From Macrostomum lignano (Eukaryota), in the NCBI GenBank assembly GCA_002269645.1, contig NIVC01000317.1, positions 395,705 to 459,704 on the forward strand: a stretch of DNA of 64,000 nucleotides, written 5' to 3'. The stretch's first letter is position 1, and each line of letters starts with the position of its first letter. Positions 1 to 10,384 of this stretch are shown here, one piece after another. Below the pieces are notes generated by a model. It had not been told where the DNA came from, did no database searches, and saw only the letters and a list, made by a program, of their open reading frames with translations. Made by a program: the position numbers and the translations under genes.

Positions 1-245
1 GAAATCCCCAATTTCCCTCACACTGAAATCCCCAATTTCCCTCACACTGAAATCCCTAATTTCCTTCGAGTTGAACTCCCTAATTTCCCTCAGAATGAAA
101 TCCCCAATTTCCCTCAGATCGAAATCCCTAATTTCCCTCACACTGAAATCCCCAATTTCCCTCACACTGAAATCCCCAATTTCCCTCACACTGAAATCCC
201 TAATTTCCTTCATATTGAAATCCCCAATTTCCCTCATACTGAAAT
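1..245. repeat. 24-bp minisatellite GAAATCCCCAATTTCCCTCACACT
   Basis: About 10 imperfect tandem copies, truncated at the window start. Confidence 0.9.
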
Positions 246-724
246 TGCTGATATTGGTATCCTGTTCTTTTATATTTTAATAAGTTAGAAATTGTCTGAT
301 GCAAAAATAAACAATTTAATTCAAACAAACTTTCATCAAGCAACTCATTTTTTACACCTGGCTTGCATTTTATATTTGGTGTGGATTAAATTATCTTCGA
401 TTATTGATTGACCTGGGCTAATTGAGTAATTATGAGGTTGAGGGGGGGGGGGGCTTTGGGTCAAAACTGTTTCCGCTGCGCTGTTTCTAACCAATTGAAT
501 TTTCTGTTGTTTCATGCAGATCCTATCACAGTTTGTTCCTGCTAGCTTTGCTTGTAGCACCTGCAACTGCAGTGTTGACAACATTTGATTCTGCCTTTTT
601 CAGACAATAAAACTCCCTGCATCGCCTTGTGCAGCGTTGCTTTATTGGCATCTGTAACTGCTTTTGGGAGCATTGGGTACCCTTTGTTAGTAGCTTTTTT
701 GTCACCGTGTGTTCAAGGACTGCC

Positions 725-1018
725 AATATTGTGTCAGGGCTGAGAGCTGGCTAATATTGTGTCAGGACTGAGAGCTGGCTAATATTGTGTCAGGGCTGAG
801 AGCTGGCTAATATTGTGTCAGGACTGAGAGCTGGCTAATATTGTGTCAGGACTGAGCTGGCTAATATTGTCAGGACTGAGCTAGCTAATATTGTGTCAGG
901 ACTGAGAGCTGGCTAATATTGTGTCAGGACTGAGCTGGCTAATATTGTCAGGACTGAGCTAGCTAATATTGTGTCAGGACTGAGAGCTGGCTAATATTGT
1001 GTCAGGACTGAGCTGGCA
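725..1018. repeat. ~28-bp minisatellite AATATTGTGTCAGGACTGAGAGCTGGCT
   Basis: About 11 copies with 24-28 bp length variants. Confidence 0.92.
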
Positions 1019-1536
1019 AGATACGATTTTGCAGATTTAAATTTTATTCACAATAAGAATTTTTATAGAAAAATATCCAGATAATTCTACTGCTTGTAAG
1101 TAGCATGTAGCATGTCACCCACTGCAATGCTTTGTCAGGTCGAAAATGTTCTAAATTATCTAAATTAATTAATGATCTTTAAGATTTATTATTTCGTCAC
1201 AAAGTAGCAGCTGCTAATGATAATCTCATGGCAGTTTATCTATTTATCTAGTTAACCGTTGATAAAATGAGCCCTTCGCTGTACCCGAAAAACAGGCCGC
1301 GATGCTATCTTCGTTTAGCTTCCAAGTTACCAGTTTCCGGTTCAATCTTATCGAATCCAGTTTCTGCTATTTTATTATATTTGCTGTGCATGCCTGCGCA
1401 AATGCTGTTCACGCTTGCCTACTTGACTGACTTTGCGAGAGAATGGTCCCGTCTATAGGTAGGTAGGTGCGTGTTGAGGGTTCGGGGAGGCAGTATTAAT
1501 TGGTTTCGGGCCGTTTAAAACTGCAAGTCAAGTTAC

Positions 1537-1678
1537 TTCTTGCAGGTGTGCAGCCAGGAAGTTTGATTCATTGCAACGGAATGAAAAGCCATAAAAAAAG
1601 GCATAGTCCACAGTCACCTGGGGCCACCTGTTAAAGGTCCAGAAGCTGGTTGAAGGCCAGTGACCAACGAAGTCAGAA
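1537..1678 (-). CDS. Candidate exon of an unassigned gene
   Basis: catcag|T TCT...SDFVGHWPSTSFWTFNRWPQVTVDYAFFYGFSFRCNESNFLAAHLQE|gtaact; phase-compatible with the 6810-7126 exon. Weak polypyrimidine tract and no recognised homology. Confidence 0.25.
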
Positions 1679-2636
1679 CTGATGCAGACATTCAAATGCT
1701 TTTGATTTTCTTCCATCTTTGACGATGTCTCCCATTGTCTCTGTTTCTGATCAGTTAAACAATTCAAATGTCCGATAGGTTTCTCTCAATCTTGACATCT
1801 TGACCCTTCACACGGATGTTATATTTTTATAGCTTTTTTGATAGTTGAGTTTCGAACAGATTTTAAACACGCAATCGAATAAAAAAATTCAGTGAAAAAG
1901 AGATCCACAGGATAACTGTAGTTAGCTAGCATAAGATTATATAATGGCATAGCATGTCTAAATTGAATAAGATCACATCAACACGTGGTTGACGTGCTGA
2001 TGAAGTTTGGAGGCTTGGCAAGACTGCACTGAGGCGCAGTGCTGATTGGCGCACAGGCGTGTATTGAGTAAACTTGTAGGGAAAATCCGACATTAAGTTA
2101 ATTTCGAGCTTGTACACTGCGCTTGTACATGTACATTGCTACACGTTTGGCTACGCACTACTGAATACATGTGCACTGTACGTCAACAAAGAGACAAATA
2201 TGAAACTTATTAGCAATGAACTGAAGTATAACAGACTTACTGCTTGTGTATAATTATTTAATAAATAAATAGAAATTAATAAAAATTTTCTAATTTTTAT
2301 TGGCACCTCAAGTCTGAGGATAGAACTCGTGAATTTGCAATCAAGTGCGATATTGCCTTCGTTCGATCTGTGGGGAACATACATTGTACAATTTACTTGA
2401 TTAGTACATTATAATCGCTGGTATGAATGTGCTGATAATTTTATATAATGACAGTGTCATTTTGATCAATCATACTGATAAATACATGTACGCTCGTAGT
2501 TCGGAACATTCAGTTCCATTGATTTGTCATAATGGTGTACACGTTTCATGTGTATGAACAGTTTTTAATGATTGACCGATATTGAAATCCTTGGCATTCA
2601 GCAGTCTGCAATAAATCATCAGAGATAATTGGCCTA

Positions 2637-2846
2637 CTAGAGGATCCGGTATTTCTGCCCGCTGCTGCCGCTCCCGCTGAGCACCTTCTGCTGGCGGCTT
2701 CTCAGTTTAGCCAGAGCCATCGTGAGCAGCAGAACAAGCAACAGTACGATGCAGGCCATCGCGCACACAGCCGCCAACATCACCCAGTTGTACAGGGACA
2801 GCAGCAGCTCTTTGTCCGACTTGGCATGGCCGGCGCTACCGCAAGG
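2637..2846 (-). CDS. DNASE2: Deoxyribonuclease II, terminal exon: QPC end of the nuclease domain, transmembrane helix, cytosolic tail ending YRIL
   Basis: Acceptor cgacag|CCT (phase 0) gives PCGSAGHAKSDKELLLSLYNWVMLAAVCAMACIVLLLVLLLTMALAKLRSRQQKVLSGSGSSGQKYRIL*. The junction recreates the Q-P-C seen at the end of mammalian DNase II. 210 nt. Confidence 0.72.
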   Translation of the reverse strand, partial: PCGSAGHAKSDKELLLSLYNWVMLAAVCAMACIVLLLVLLLTMALAKLRSRQQKVLSGSGSSGQKYRIL

Positions 2847-2946
2847 CTGTCGGGTGGTTAATGGTGGCTTAAAAACTTTGGCTTCTGTTAGATAAGCTGC
2901 TTACAGATTATGGCTGCGATACAGGTAGGTGCAGCCATGCAGTACG

Positions 2947-3276
2947 TGTCTAACAGGTGGAACCATATTCCAGAGGGTGACACACACTGTCTAACAGGTG
3001 GAACCATATTCCAGAGGGTGACACACACTGTCTAACAGGTGAAACCATATTCCAGAGGGTGACACACACTGTCTAACAGGTGGAACCATATTCCAGAGGG
3101 TGACACACACTGTCTAACAGGTGGAACCATATTCCAGAGGGTGACACACACTGTCTAACAGGTGGAACCATATTCCAGAGGGTGACACACACTGTCTAAC
3201 AGGTGGAACCATATTCCAGAGGGTGACACACACTGTCTAACAGGTGGAACCATATTCCAGAGGGTGACGCACTGTC
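2947..3276. repeat. 41-bp minisatellite in DNase II intron 2
   Basis: 8 nearly identical head-to-tail copies of TGTCTAACAGGTGGAACCATATTCCAGAGGGTGACACACAC, no spacers. Confidence 0.95.
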
Positions 3277-3392
3277 TACTAAGTTGGAAATAACAGCAAA
3301 TGGTTTAATTAACTGAAGCACTGAACAGCTGAACAGCCAATAATAGCTCGTAGCAACTGCAATACCAAACCAATTGCCCCAGTCAGCATCAC

Positions 3393-3674
3393 CTGGTCGT
3401 GGATCACGGCCGCTTTAAACAGTCTGTGAAGTCCGACGAGGCCGATGCAAGCGATGCCGCCTCCCCGGTGATACTGCGTCTCTGCCCGGTTCATGTCGCC
3501 GATGCACGTGTGCGGCTTGGCATCAGTCTGGGCAGTCACGCACCACTTCGAATGGTCCTTTGTAGACTTAAACTGCGTCTGGTTCCCGATGCGAACATCG
3601 AGCACTTTGGTGACATTGTAGCGCCTGTTGCATGTCGAATTCAGCAGCTCTTTGCCGTGCTGCCAGGTTTCTAC
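3393..3674 (-). CDS. DNASE2: Deoxyribonuclease II, coding exon 2 (second catalytic motif DHSKW)
   Basis: Acceptor ttttacgcag|GTA; VETWQHG...KDHSKWCV...CIGDMNRAETQYHRGGG...IHDQ; donor CAG|gtgatg; 282 nt, phase 0-0. Confidence 0.93.
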
Positions 3675-4249
3675 CTGCGTAAAACACAAAACGCAAAACT
3701 ACCGATTACATGTAAAACAAAAAATTTACTAAAAATTTTGTAAAACTGCACTTCTTCTTTTGTAGAAGTATTGAAGTATAGAAGTATCTAAAAAACACAT
3801 TTTTTTACAAATCAGTACAAAATATCTGATAATTCTGTACGTGCAGCCACGGAAGAATTAGGACACTATACAGTTGGTTTCTTAGAAATGAACCGGAAGG
3901 AACATATATTTGTAGTATCACTGGTGTATTTACTACTCTAGAGCTGAATGGGGTTTGGCCATAGACTAATTCAGTCGAGAAAAGTCCGCTTTTTCTATAA
4001 TAACATTCAAATGCGCTAGCGATCCTGCTAATCCGCTGGATTCCCTACCTGCCTTAAGATCATTTCTAAGAAAATCGAGTGCAACTGTCCTTTTACTGCA
4101 ATTTTCGATGCGTGCAACTCAGATCCGGAGTAAAGTGAGGTTTGGCCTTTATTTAATTTTCTATACATGTGAAACGCGAGATTCACGTCATTATACAACG
4201 GGTCATTTCCAGTGATCCCACTGGATGTGATCCCACAGAAGCAATATAC

Positions 4250-5004
4250 CTGAATGTTCGACTGAAGCTGACCAGCCAACAGGTAAGAATACAGGTCCTG
4301 CTTCAGGTGCGGAGACTTGGCCAGGTGCATCACGGACAGGCCACCGGAGGTCACCAGCTTGACAGTGGAATTCATCAAAGCCTTCGGTGGCTGCTTCCGT
4401 TTCTTCAGATCTGCCCAGCTGGGCCAGGCGGCCTCGGCGGCGGGGCTGACGCTGAGGCTGTAGAGGTCCGGGTGCGAGACGAACAGCTGGCTGCCGATGA
4501 TGTTGGCCATCTTTGCGCTGTCCACGGTCAGGCAAAGGAAGCTCTGGCCGTATTTCATCCCAGTGTCCGGGTACTCGTAGCGATGCAGGCTCATGTTCGG
4601 GAACTTTGGCACGCTGTGGATCAGCCAGAAGCCTTTCTGGCCAGACTTCAAAGCGACGAGCCCTTTCATGTGGCCGAACGCGCTGCTGCCGATGCTGCTG
4701 CTGTTGTTGTCCTCTGGCGGCTCGTCGTTGTACGCGGCCAGAACATCGGCGGCGGCATTGGAGCCGGCCTGCAGGACCTGGCTGACGGTGCTGAACACGG
4801 GCCATCCCGGGTGATGTCGCAGCCATCCGGCTGAATCCAGGCGGTTGACGAATTCGAGCTGACGTAGGCGTAGTGTCCGGAGTGCGGCTGCTTCAGCAGA
4901 GCGAACCAGTCCAGAGGAAAGCCATCGGCATCCAAGCACTGGAACTCGGCTGATGCAGCATGAACCAGCCAGGCTGATAGCGATAAAACAAATTTGTAGT
5001 TCAT
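4250..5004 (-). CDS. DNASE2: Deoxyribonuclease II, coding exon 1 (signal peptide, first HxK motif; contains a 1-bp frameshift near 4800)
   Basis: ATG at 5004: MNYKFVLSLSAWLVHAASA-EFQCLDADGFPLDWFALLKQP. After the frameshift: YNDEPP...GHMKG...GFWLIHSVPKFP...YGQSFLCLT, all DNase II hallmark motifs. Donor CAG|gtatat at 4250. Length 755 nt, one base short of 252 codons. Confidence 0.93.
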
Positions 5005-5531
5005 ATTGTTCACACCGCTGTAGTGCGTGGGTGTAGAGCTTTATTTCAGTTATTATATATAGTAATTAGTATACTTATCAGTCAGAAAGCTTGCAGAGAG
5101 CGCTAATTAGCATGACTAATACAGCAACTGCGGCTCAGTGCATGCAGCGCGAAGGGGTGGGGGGCTACGACGGAAATTGCAGCTTCAATTTTTCACTCTT
5201 GCTTTAAAATACTCGTTGTTTATTGGCTGGCCTTAAAATATCAGATACAGTGCATGTGTCTTCGTGCGCACGATTCACTTAATACGCCTGCTTGCTTCCA
5301 TCAGTTATACATGTTGTATGTACATTTGTATCCATTGTCAAGTAGTGTCTGTTTTTATAGCTCTCTTTTAACAGAAGCAAAGCTTTAAGCACAGATCTTA
5401 CAGATAGTACACATTTATTTATACAAGCCCTTCAAGCTTCACCATCTTACATTAACATTACAAGAGCGTATGTACGCATTTGGTAGGCAAATTCTGCTTC
5501 ATATAGCTTGAAGACGGCGCCTTACTGGTAA

Positions 5532-5604
5532 GCCCGGTTAGCTCAGTCGGTAGAGCATGAGACTCTTAATCTCAGGGTCGTGGGTTCGAGCCCCACATTG
5601 GGCG
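5532..5604 (+). tRNA. trnK-CTT: tRNA-Lys (anticodon CTT)
   Basis: 73-nt GCCCGGTTAGCTCAGTCGGTAGAGCATGAGACTCTTAATCTCAGGGTCGTGGGTTCGAGCCCCACATTGGGCG, nearly identical to the canonical metazoan tRNA-Lys(CTT); A and B boxes intact. Confidence 0.98.
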
Positions 5605-5607
5605 AAA

Positions 5608-5614
5608 TTTTTTT
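5608..5614 (+). terminator. RNA polymerase III terminator (T7) of tRNA-Lys
   Basis: Seven T residues 3 nt after the tRNA 3' end. Confidence 0.85.
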
Positions 5615-6631
5615 ACTCCTTTGCGATTTCTTCAAAGTTTAAATTATAACGTTACTTCCCTTACTACATTAGTCATGCTTAGTTACGCTAACTAAATATT
5701 TTTAATATTTTATTTATTCTCATTGAATTTCTTTCAAGCATACGTCTATGGCTTAATTTGATAGCTTGCCAAAATCAACCCCCTGGCCTAGCCTTGCGAC
5801 TCGAGTCGGCTCAAACAAGTCTGCTTCTGTGGGACTTTCTAAATTAGGACAGTAGGCCTAAACCTAATTCGACTGACTAATTTTTAGCTGTTCACAATTT
5901 AAAGCTCAATTTGATGCAAAATGTATTCATTTAAGGTTCTTAAACGTAGGCGATATGTATCGAAAAGTTACTTCATAGATCTAAGGTTGGTAGTTGGCAG
6001 TAATCAATCTATATCGTGTTCGCTTACTAATGAGTAGCAATCAAAGAATGTGAAACTATTTTGATTGTGTACTGAGCAGTAGCTGTAAAATAGCCGTAAA
6101 ATAATTTGCTATTTTATTTAAAATAATGTATTCATGTGCAGCAAGCGAAGAACGTATTGTTAAACAAGAGAGTAGCGTTATTAAAAATAACAGGCATTCA
6201 TTGTGCGTCGAAAGCAGTAGCTCGTGCACACACAGCTTGAGCTGTCGCGGTACTACTTTATTGTGCGAAAAAATTTTCAGCAAAAAGCACAGGAAATTCT
6301 GCCTTTTTTTAGAGGCTTCTCAGCATCATATAAAACAATTCAATGTAGAGTTATTGCAAAACCCTTTGAGTAGCAGTGCTTTTGATTTGACAGGCATTCA
6401 ATTAAAATAATATCATTGCAGTTGTTTTATCTTTAATTATGCGATTTTTCACAGACATTTTTGAGCTCGCGATCAATTTGATTTTTTTTGCTCTTCCACC
6501 TCCTGGTCCCGGCTTATCAACCTGAATTGGTGGAGGGGATAGCGGGGTGTATGTGTATATGTTTGTTGCCATAGCAACTGTATGTGTGTACTGATGCTTC
6601 AGTTTTGAACGTTCAACTAGAGGGAGTTGCT

Positions 6632-6802
6632 AGGGGCGCCAATTCATGTGCTGGGGGGCGCGGATTCATGTGCTGGGGGCGCCAGTTCATGTACTCGGGG
6701 GCGCCGATTCATGTGCTGGGGGCGCCGATTCATGTGCTGGGGGCGCCGATTCATGTGCTGGGGCGCCGATTCATATGCTGGGGGCGCCAGTTCATGAGCT
6801 GG
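6632..6802. repeat. 21-bp minisatellite GGGGGCGCCGATTCATGTGCT
   Basis: About 8 tandem copies. Confidence 0.9.
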
Positions 6803-6809
6803 GAGTTAC

Positions 6810-7126
6810 CCATTCGTCGCCGCTGTCTGGTTCCGCGCCCCCGGCGGCAGCTGCACATTCCAGTTGGTGGCCATCCGCATGGCAGCCAGGAACTCCTCGC
6901 TGGCGAACGCCGCCAGCCGCAGGGTCGGCTGCCCCAGCTCGCTGATGGCCTCCAGCCGACTGTTGGACGAGCCGCTGCCGCCGCTGCCGCCGCCGCCGCT
7001 GCCGCTGCCGCCGCTGTCGCCGCCTGGTGCCCGACGCTTCGACGGTGATGAAGGTGGCGGCGGCGGCTGCCGCTGCCGCTGCTGTTGGGACTTCTTTGAC
7101 CACCGAGACGACAAGCTGGTCGACAT
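6810..7126 (-). CDS. Unassigned protein-coding exon (low-complexity N-terminus followed by a globular-looking segment)
   Basis: MSTSLSSRWSKKSQQQ...RLEAISELGQPTLRLAAFASEEFLAAMRMATNWNVQLPPGARNQTAATNG; GC3-rich codons like the other exons; donor GG|gtaact at 6810 (phase 2). Family not recognised. Confidence 0.5.
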
Positions 7127-7986
7127 GTCGTTTGTTGATTCTGACTCGGCCGGGAAGCTGCTATGATGAGGCAAGCGAAACTGACACGCCGGTCCCGCAG
7201 GCTGTCCAGCTATTTATTGAGCTGGGCTCCAACGCCCCCTTCTCAACGTGGTGGGCCGCTCTCGGCGGGTCGGCGCTGGTTTTAAAATTAGTCAAACTCT
7301 ACCGCGCAGATTGGGTCAGTTTAGGACATGAATTAAGCAAAGCAAGACATGCCAAAATGCTGCCATGGAGGTCTGGAGCCTGTGACCTGGAGTGCTCACT
7401 CTTGTCCAAGCACCCGCTCACAGCCTGTTGCTTCGAAGGGTAATTACAGTTGCTGTCTGGCAATGGTTAAGAGTCCAGCTTCTGGTTCTGGGACTCCTTG
7501 GCTCTGCATAGCCGTAGATTTCTTTGTTCCGAGCGATGATCGCAGGCCAAGGTTTGATTGACAGACGGCGCGCGGGGCAGAGAGGAGGCCACCAACCCCC
7601 CCGCTGAGCTGCCCTTCAAGGCGCAAGCCCCCCCCCCCGAAGTTGGAGGCAGAGAGTGTTGCAATTAACATCAAATTTACGGGGCAAGATGAGTGCGTGT
7701 TACTCGAACTCATCTGTCACTGCTGCCTACCTGGGTGTCGCCCAAGCATAAATTGAAATTCCTTCCAGTTCCAATCGGGAATTTCAAAAATCTGAATTAC
7801 TCCAGTTGGAATAGGAACCCCAGAATAATAAGCACACCTGAAAATCAGTGCTGATGGTTGCCGAGCCAATCAATAAATTATCGCTGACAGGTATATAACA
7901 GCCGACTGTAGAGACGCTTGACGCTGCCTTTGATCTCTCTCTCTCTCTCTCTAGCTCCCAATCTGAACTCACTCAAAGCTCAGGAG

Positions 7987-8189
7987 ATGTACAAGCTGCT
8001 TATGCTGACGCTGTTTCTGGCGTTGTGTCTCCAACCCGACATTCGCCCGGTCCTCGGCCGCAGCACCGGCCTAAGAGGAGCTCGAGAGGTGCGGCAGCGC
8101 TGGTCTGACACACCGTTTAAGGCGCTCATCCCGCCCGAGTACGATGCGAACGCCAGGGCCAAGTTCTGGCTGCTGTACCAGCGGCCCAG
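7987..8189 (+). CDS. npf: NPY/NPF-like precursor A, exon 1 (signal peptide, propeptide, mature peptide up to ...WLLYQRP-R)
   Basis: MYKLLMLTLFLALCLQPDIRPVLG...REVRQR|WSDTPFKALIPPEYDANARAKFWLLYQRP; donor CCC AG|gtcagg splits the Arg codon (phase 2). Confidence 0.85.
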
Positions 8190-8199
8190 GTCAGGCTGT

Positions 8200-8550
8200 G
8201 GGGGTGTGGGGTCAGGAGTGAGGGGTGTGGGGTCAGGAGTGAGGGGTGTGGGGTCAGGAGTGAGGGGTGTGGGGTCAGGAGTGAGGGGTGTGGAGTCAGG
8301 AGTGAGGGGTGTGGAGTCAGGAGTGAGGGGTGTGGAGTCAGGAGTGAGGGGTGTGGAGTCAGGAGTGAGGGGTGTGGAGTCAGGAGTGAGGGGTGTGGAG
8401 TCAGGAGTGAGGGGTGTGGAGTCAGGAGTGAGGGATGTGGGGTCAGGAGTGAGGGGTGTGGAGTCAGGAGTGAGGGTTGTGGGTCAGGAGTGAAGGGTGT
8501 GGGATCAGGAGTGAGGGGTGTGGGATCAGGAGTGAGGGGTGTGGGATCAG
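8200..8550. repeat. 21-bp minisatellite GGGTCAGGAGTGAGGGGTGTG in the precursor A intron
   Basis: About 16 copies; produces the spurious GVRGVES ORF extension. Confidence 0.95.
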
Positions 8551-8676
8551 GCATTGAAATTTATGTAGATCGTGAATTAATTGCGCACTACTCGTAGCTA
8601 AGCAACCATACAGCTCAAATGGGCATCAGTAAAATTTAAATATTTATTTACGAGTAAAATTGTCCACATATTTCAG

Positions 8677-8689
8677 GTTCGGCAGGTAG
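8677..8689 (+). CDS. npf: NPY/NPF-like precursor A, terminal micro-exon (R-F-G-R-stop)
   Basis: catatttcag|G TTC GGC AGG TAG completes RFGR*, i.e. an RF-amide; AATAAA at 8792. Confidence 0.85.
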
Positions 8690-8904
8690 TCAGTCGGACC
8701 CAACTGTGGATAGAGATTAAGAAGCCCAAGCGACTGAGCCCCGTGTCAGCGCCTTTCTTATTGAAAGAAAACCAACAAAGAAAAATTGATTAATAAATCT
8801 CTAAAATTTCAAAGCTCAATTGGAATTCTAATTTGCAATCTCAAAACAGCGCGGATCGAAGTCTTTGTTTCCTTTGTTTAATTTCTGCCAGATTTCAAAG
8901 GCGA

Positions 8905-9185
8905 GGAACCCACACTTACCGCCATAGGAACCCACACTTACCGCCATAGGAACCCATACTTACCACCCTAGGAACCCACACTTACCACACTGGGAACCCA
9001 CACTTTGCACCCTAGGAACCCACACTTTGCACCCTAGGAACCCACACTTTGCACCCTAGGAACCCACACTTTGCACCCTAGGAACCCACACTTTGCACCC
9101 TAAGAACCCACACTTACCACACTAGGAACCCACACTTACCACTCTAGGAACCCACACTTTGCACCCTAGGAACCCACACTACCGC
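8905..9185. repeat. 22-bp minisatellite AGGAACCCACACTTTGCACCCT between the 3' ends of precursors A and B
   Basis: About 12 tandem copies. Confidence 0.92.
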
Positions 9186-9462
9186 CCCACAGAGTCCAAA
9201 CTGCTGCCCCAGCAACCGCCCTACCAATGAGGCTTAACTCAGTTTCAATTCGGCATTCTGAGAACAATCAAATAAAAAAACAAATTTCATTAATCGTCGC
9301 ACACAAGAGCTGATGAATTTGCCTAAATTATTGATTTTATTCGGGTCTGCGGCAGCTGTTTATTTCCAATAAATAGATGTTTTGAGTTAGTTACTCAGCT
9401 GACCTCGGTGAGTCATCGGATCGTGCCTGCGCTTCAGCTGGGGAACTCTGTTGAATAGGGAT

Positions 9463-9475
9463 TTATCGACCGAAT
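9463..9475 (-). CDS. npf: NPY/NPF-like precursor B, terminal micro-exon (R-F-G-R-stop)
   Basis: cctatattgtag|A TTC GGT CGA TAA; minus-strand AATAAA at 9359-9364. Confidence 0.85.
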
Positions 9476-9501
9476 CTACAATATAGGATGAATAGATTTC
9501 T

Positions 9502-9895
9502 GTGACAGTGACAGTGAAAGTGACAGTGACATTAAAAGAGAAAGTGACAGTGACAGTGGTAGTGACAGTGATAGTAACAGGTACAGTTACAGTGAGAGTT
9601 ACAGTGACAGTGACAGTGACAGTGACAGTGACAGTGACAGTGACAGTGACAGTAGCAGTGACAGTGACAGTAGCAGTGACAGTGACAGTGACAGTGACAG
9701 TGACAGTGACAGTGACAGTGACAGTAGCAGTGACAGTGACAGTAGCAGTGACAGTGACAGTGACAGTGACAGTGACAGTGACAGTGACAGTGACAGTGAC
9801 AGTGACAGTGACAGTGACAGTGACAGTGACAGTGACAGTGACAGTGAAAGTAACTGATAGTGACAGCGACATTAAAATGGAAAGTGACAGTGACA
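9502..9895. repeat. (ACAGTG)n hexanucleotide array in the precursor B intron
   Basis: Direct inspection; gives the VT/CH pseudo-ORFs. Confidence 0.95.
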
Positions 9896-9912
9896 GCGCC
9901 GCAGACGCTCAC

Positions 9913-10184
9913 CGAGGTCTCTGATACAGAATCCAGTGCTTCAGAATCTCCTTTACGGACTTCTTCTTCACGCTGAGGCGCCCGCCTCCCTGCAACCACC
10001 GGCTGCTGCCAGCCGCCGAAGCCTCAGACGGAGCCTCGAACTCGCCAAAACTGATCTTGCCGGCCTCTTCCAAGTCAGCTGGTTGGGTCGACTCCAGGAT
10101 GCTCCGACATTGAACGGCTCGACAGGTCAGGATGAGGAGGAGCAGCAGTGCCGCTGGCTGCTGGATCAGCTGATTGATCGGCAT
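9913..10184 (-). CDS. npf: NPY/NPF-like precursor B, exon 1 (…KEILKHWILYQRP-R)
   Basis: MPINQLIQQPAALLLLLILTCRAVQC (signal peptide)...SR|WLQGGGRLSVKKKSVKEILKHWILYQRP; donor CCT CG|gtgagc, phase 2; 272 nt. Confidence 0.85.
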
Positions 10185-10384
10185 GTCCGAGCGGATCCTG
10201 CAATAATCGGTCAGTGTTTTAGGCGTACAGCTGGTCGAATTCAAAGGGAATCACTTCACAAACTGAAAACTGGAACCTTTCACATTTCTTGTTGGCGAAA
10301 GTGGATACTAAAGCAGTTATCTACGAAGTGAAGTTTCTAGGTTTTAGAAGTGATTTGTTTTCTAGGAAAAGGCAATTGTATAGT

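Noticed and set aside
1990-2050. TGATGA…CTGA as a C/D box snoRNA
   Set aside because: Too short, imperfect box C, and no convincing terminal stem.
2947-3276. 41-bp repeat array as a possible CRISPR
   Set aside because: Units are head-to-tail with no unique spacers, no cas genes are present, and the context is a eukaryotic intron.
4169-4834. Plus-strand ORFs over DNase II, and similar ORFs over the GFR-like exons at 25386-26680 and 27890-28559
   Set aside because: Antisense shadows of GC-rich coding exons.
6864-7166. Plus-strand ORF ending CCWDFFDHRDDKLVDMSFVDSDSAGKLL
   Set aside because: Codon-aligned antisense mirror of the minus-strand exon, which has the more coding-like codons and a splice donor; not fully excluded.
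8190-8493. GVRGVES-repeat C-terminal extension of ORF 7918-8493
   Set aside because: Read-through into the intronic 21-bp minisatellite; splicing at AG|gtcagg gives the RFGR* end matching paralog B.
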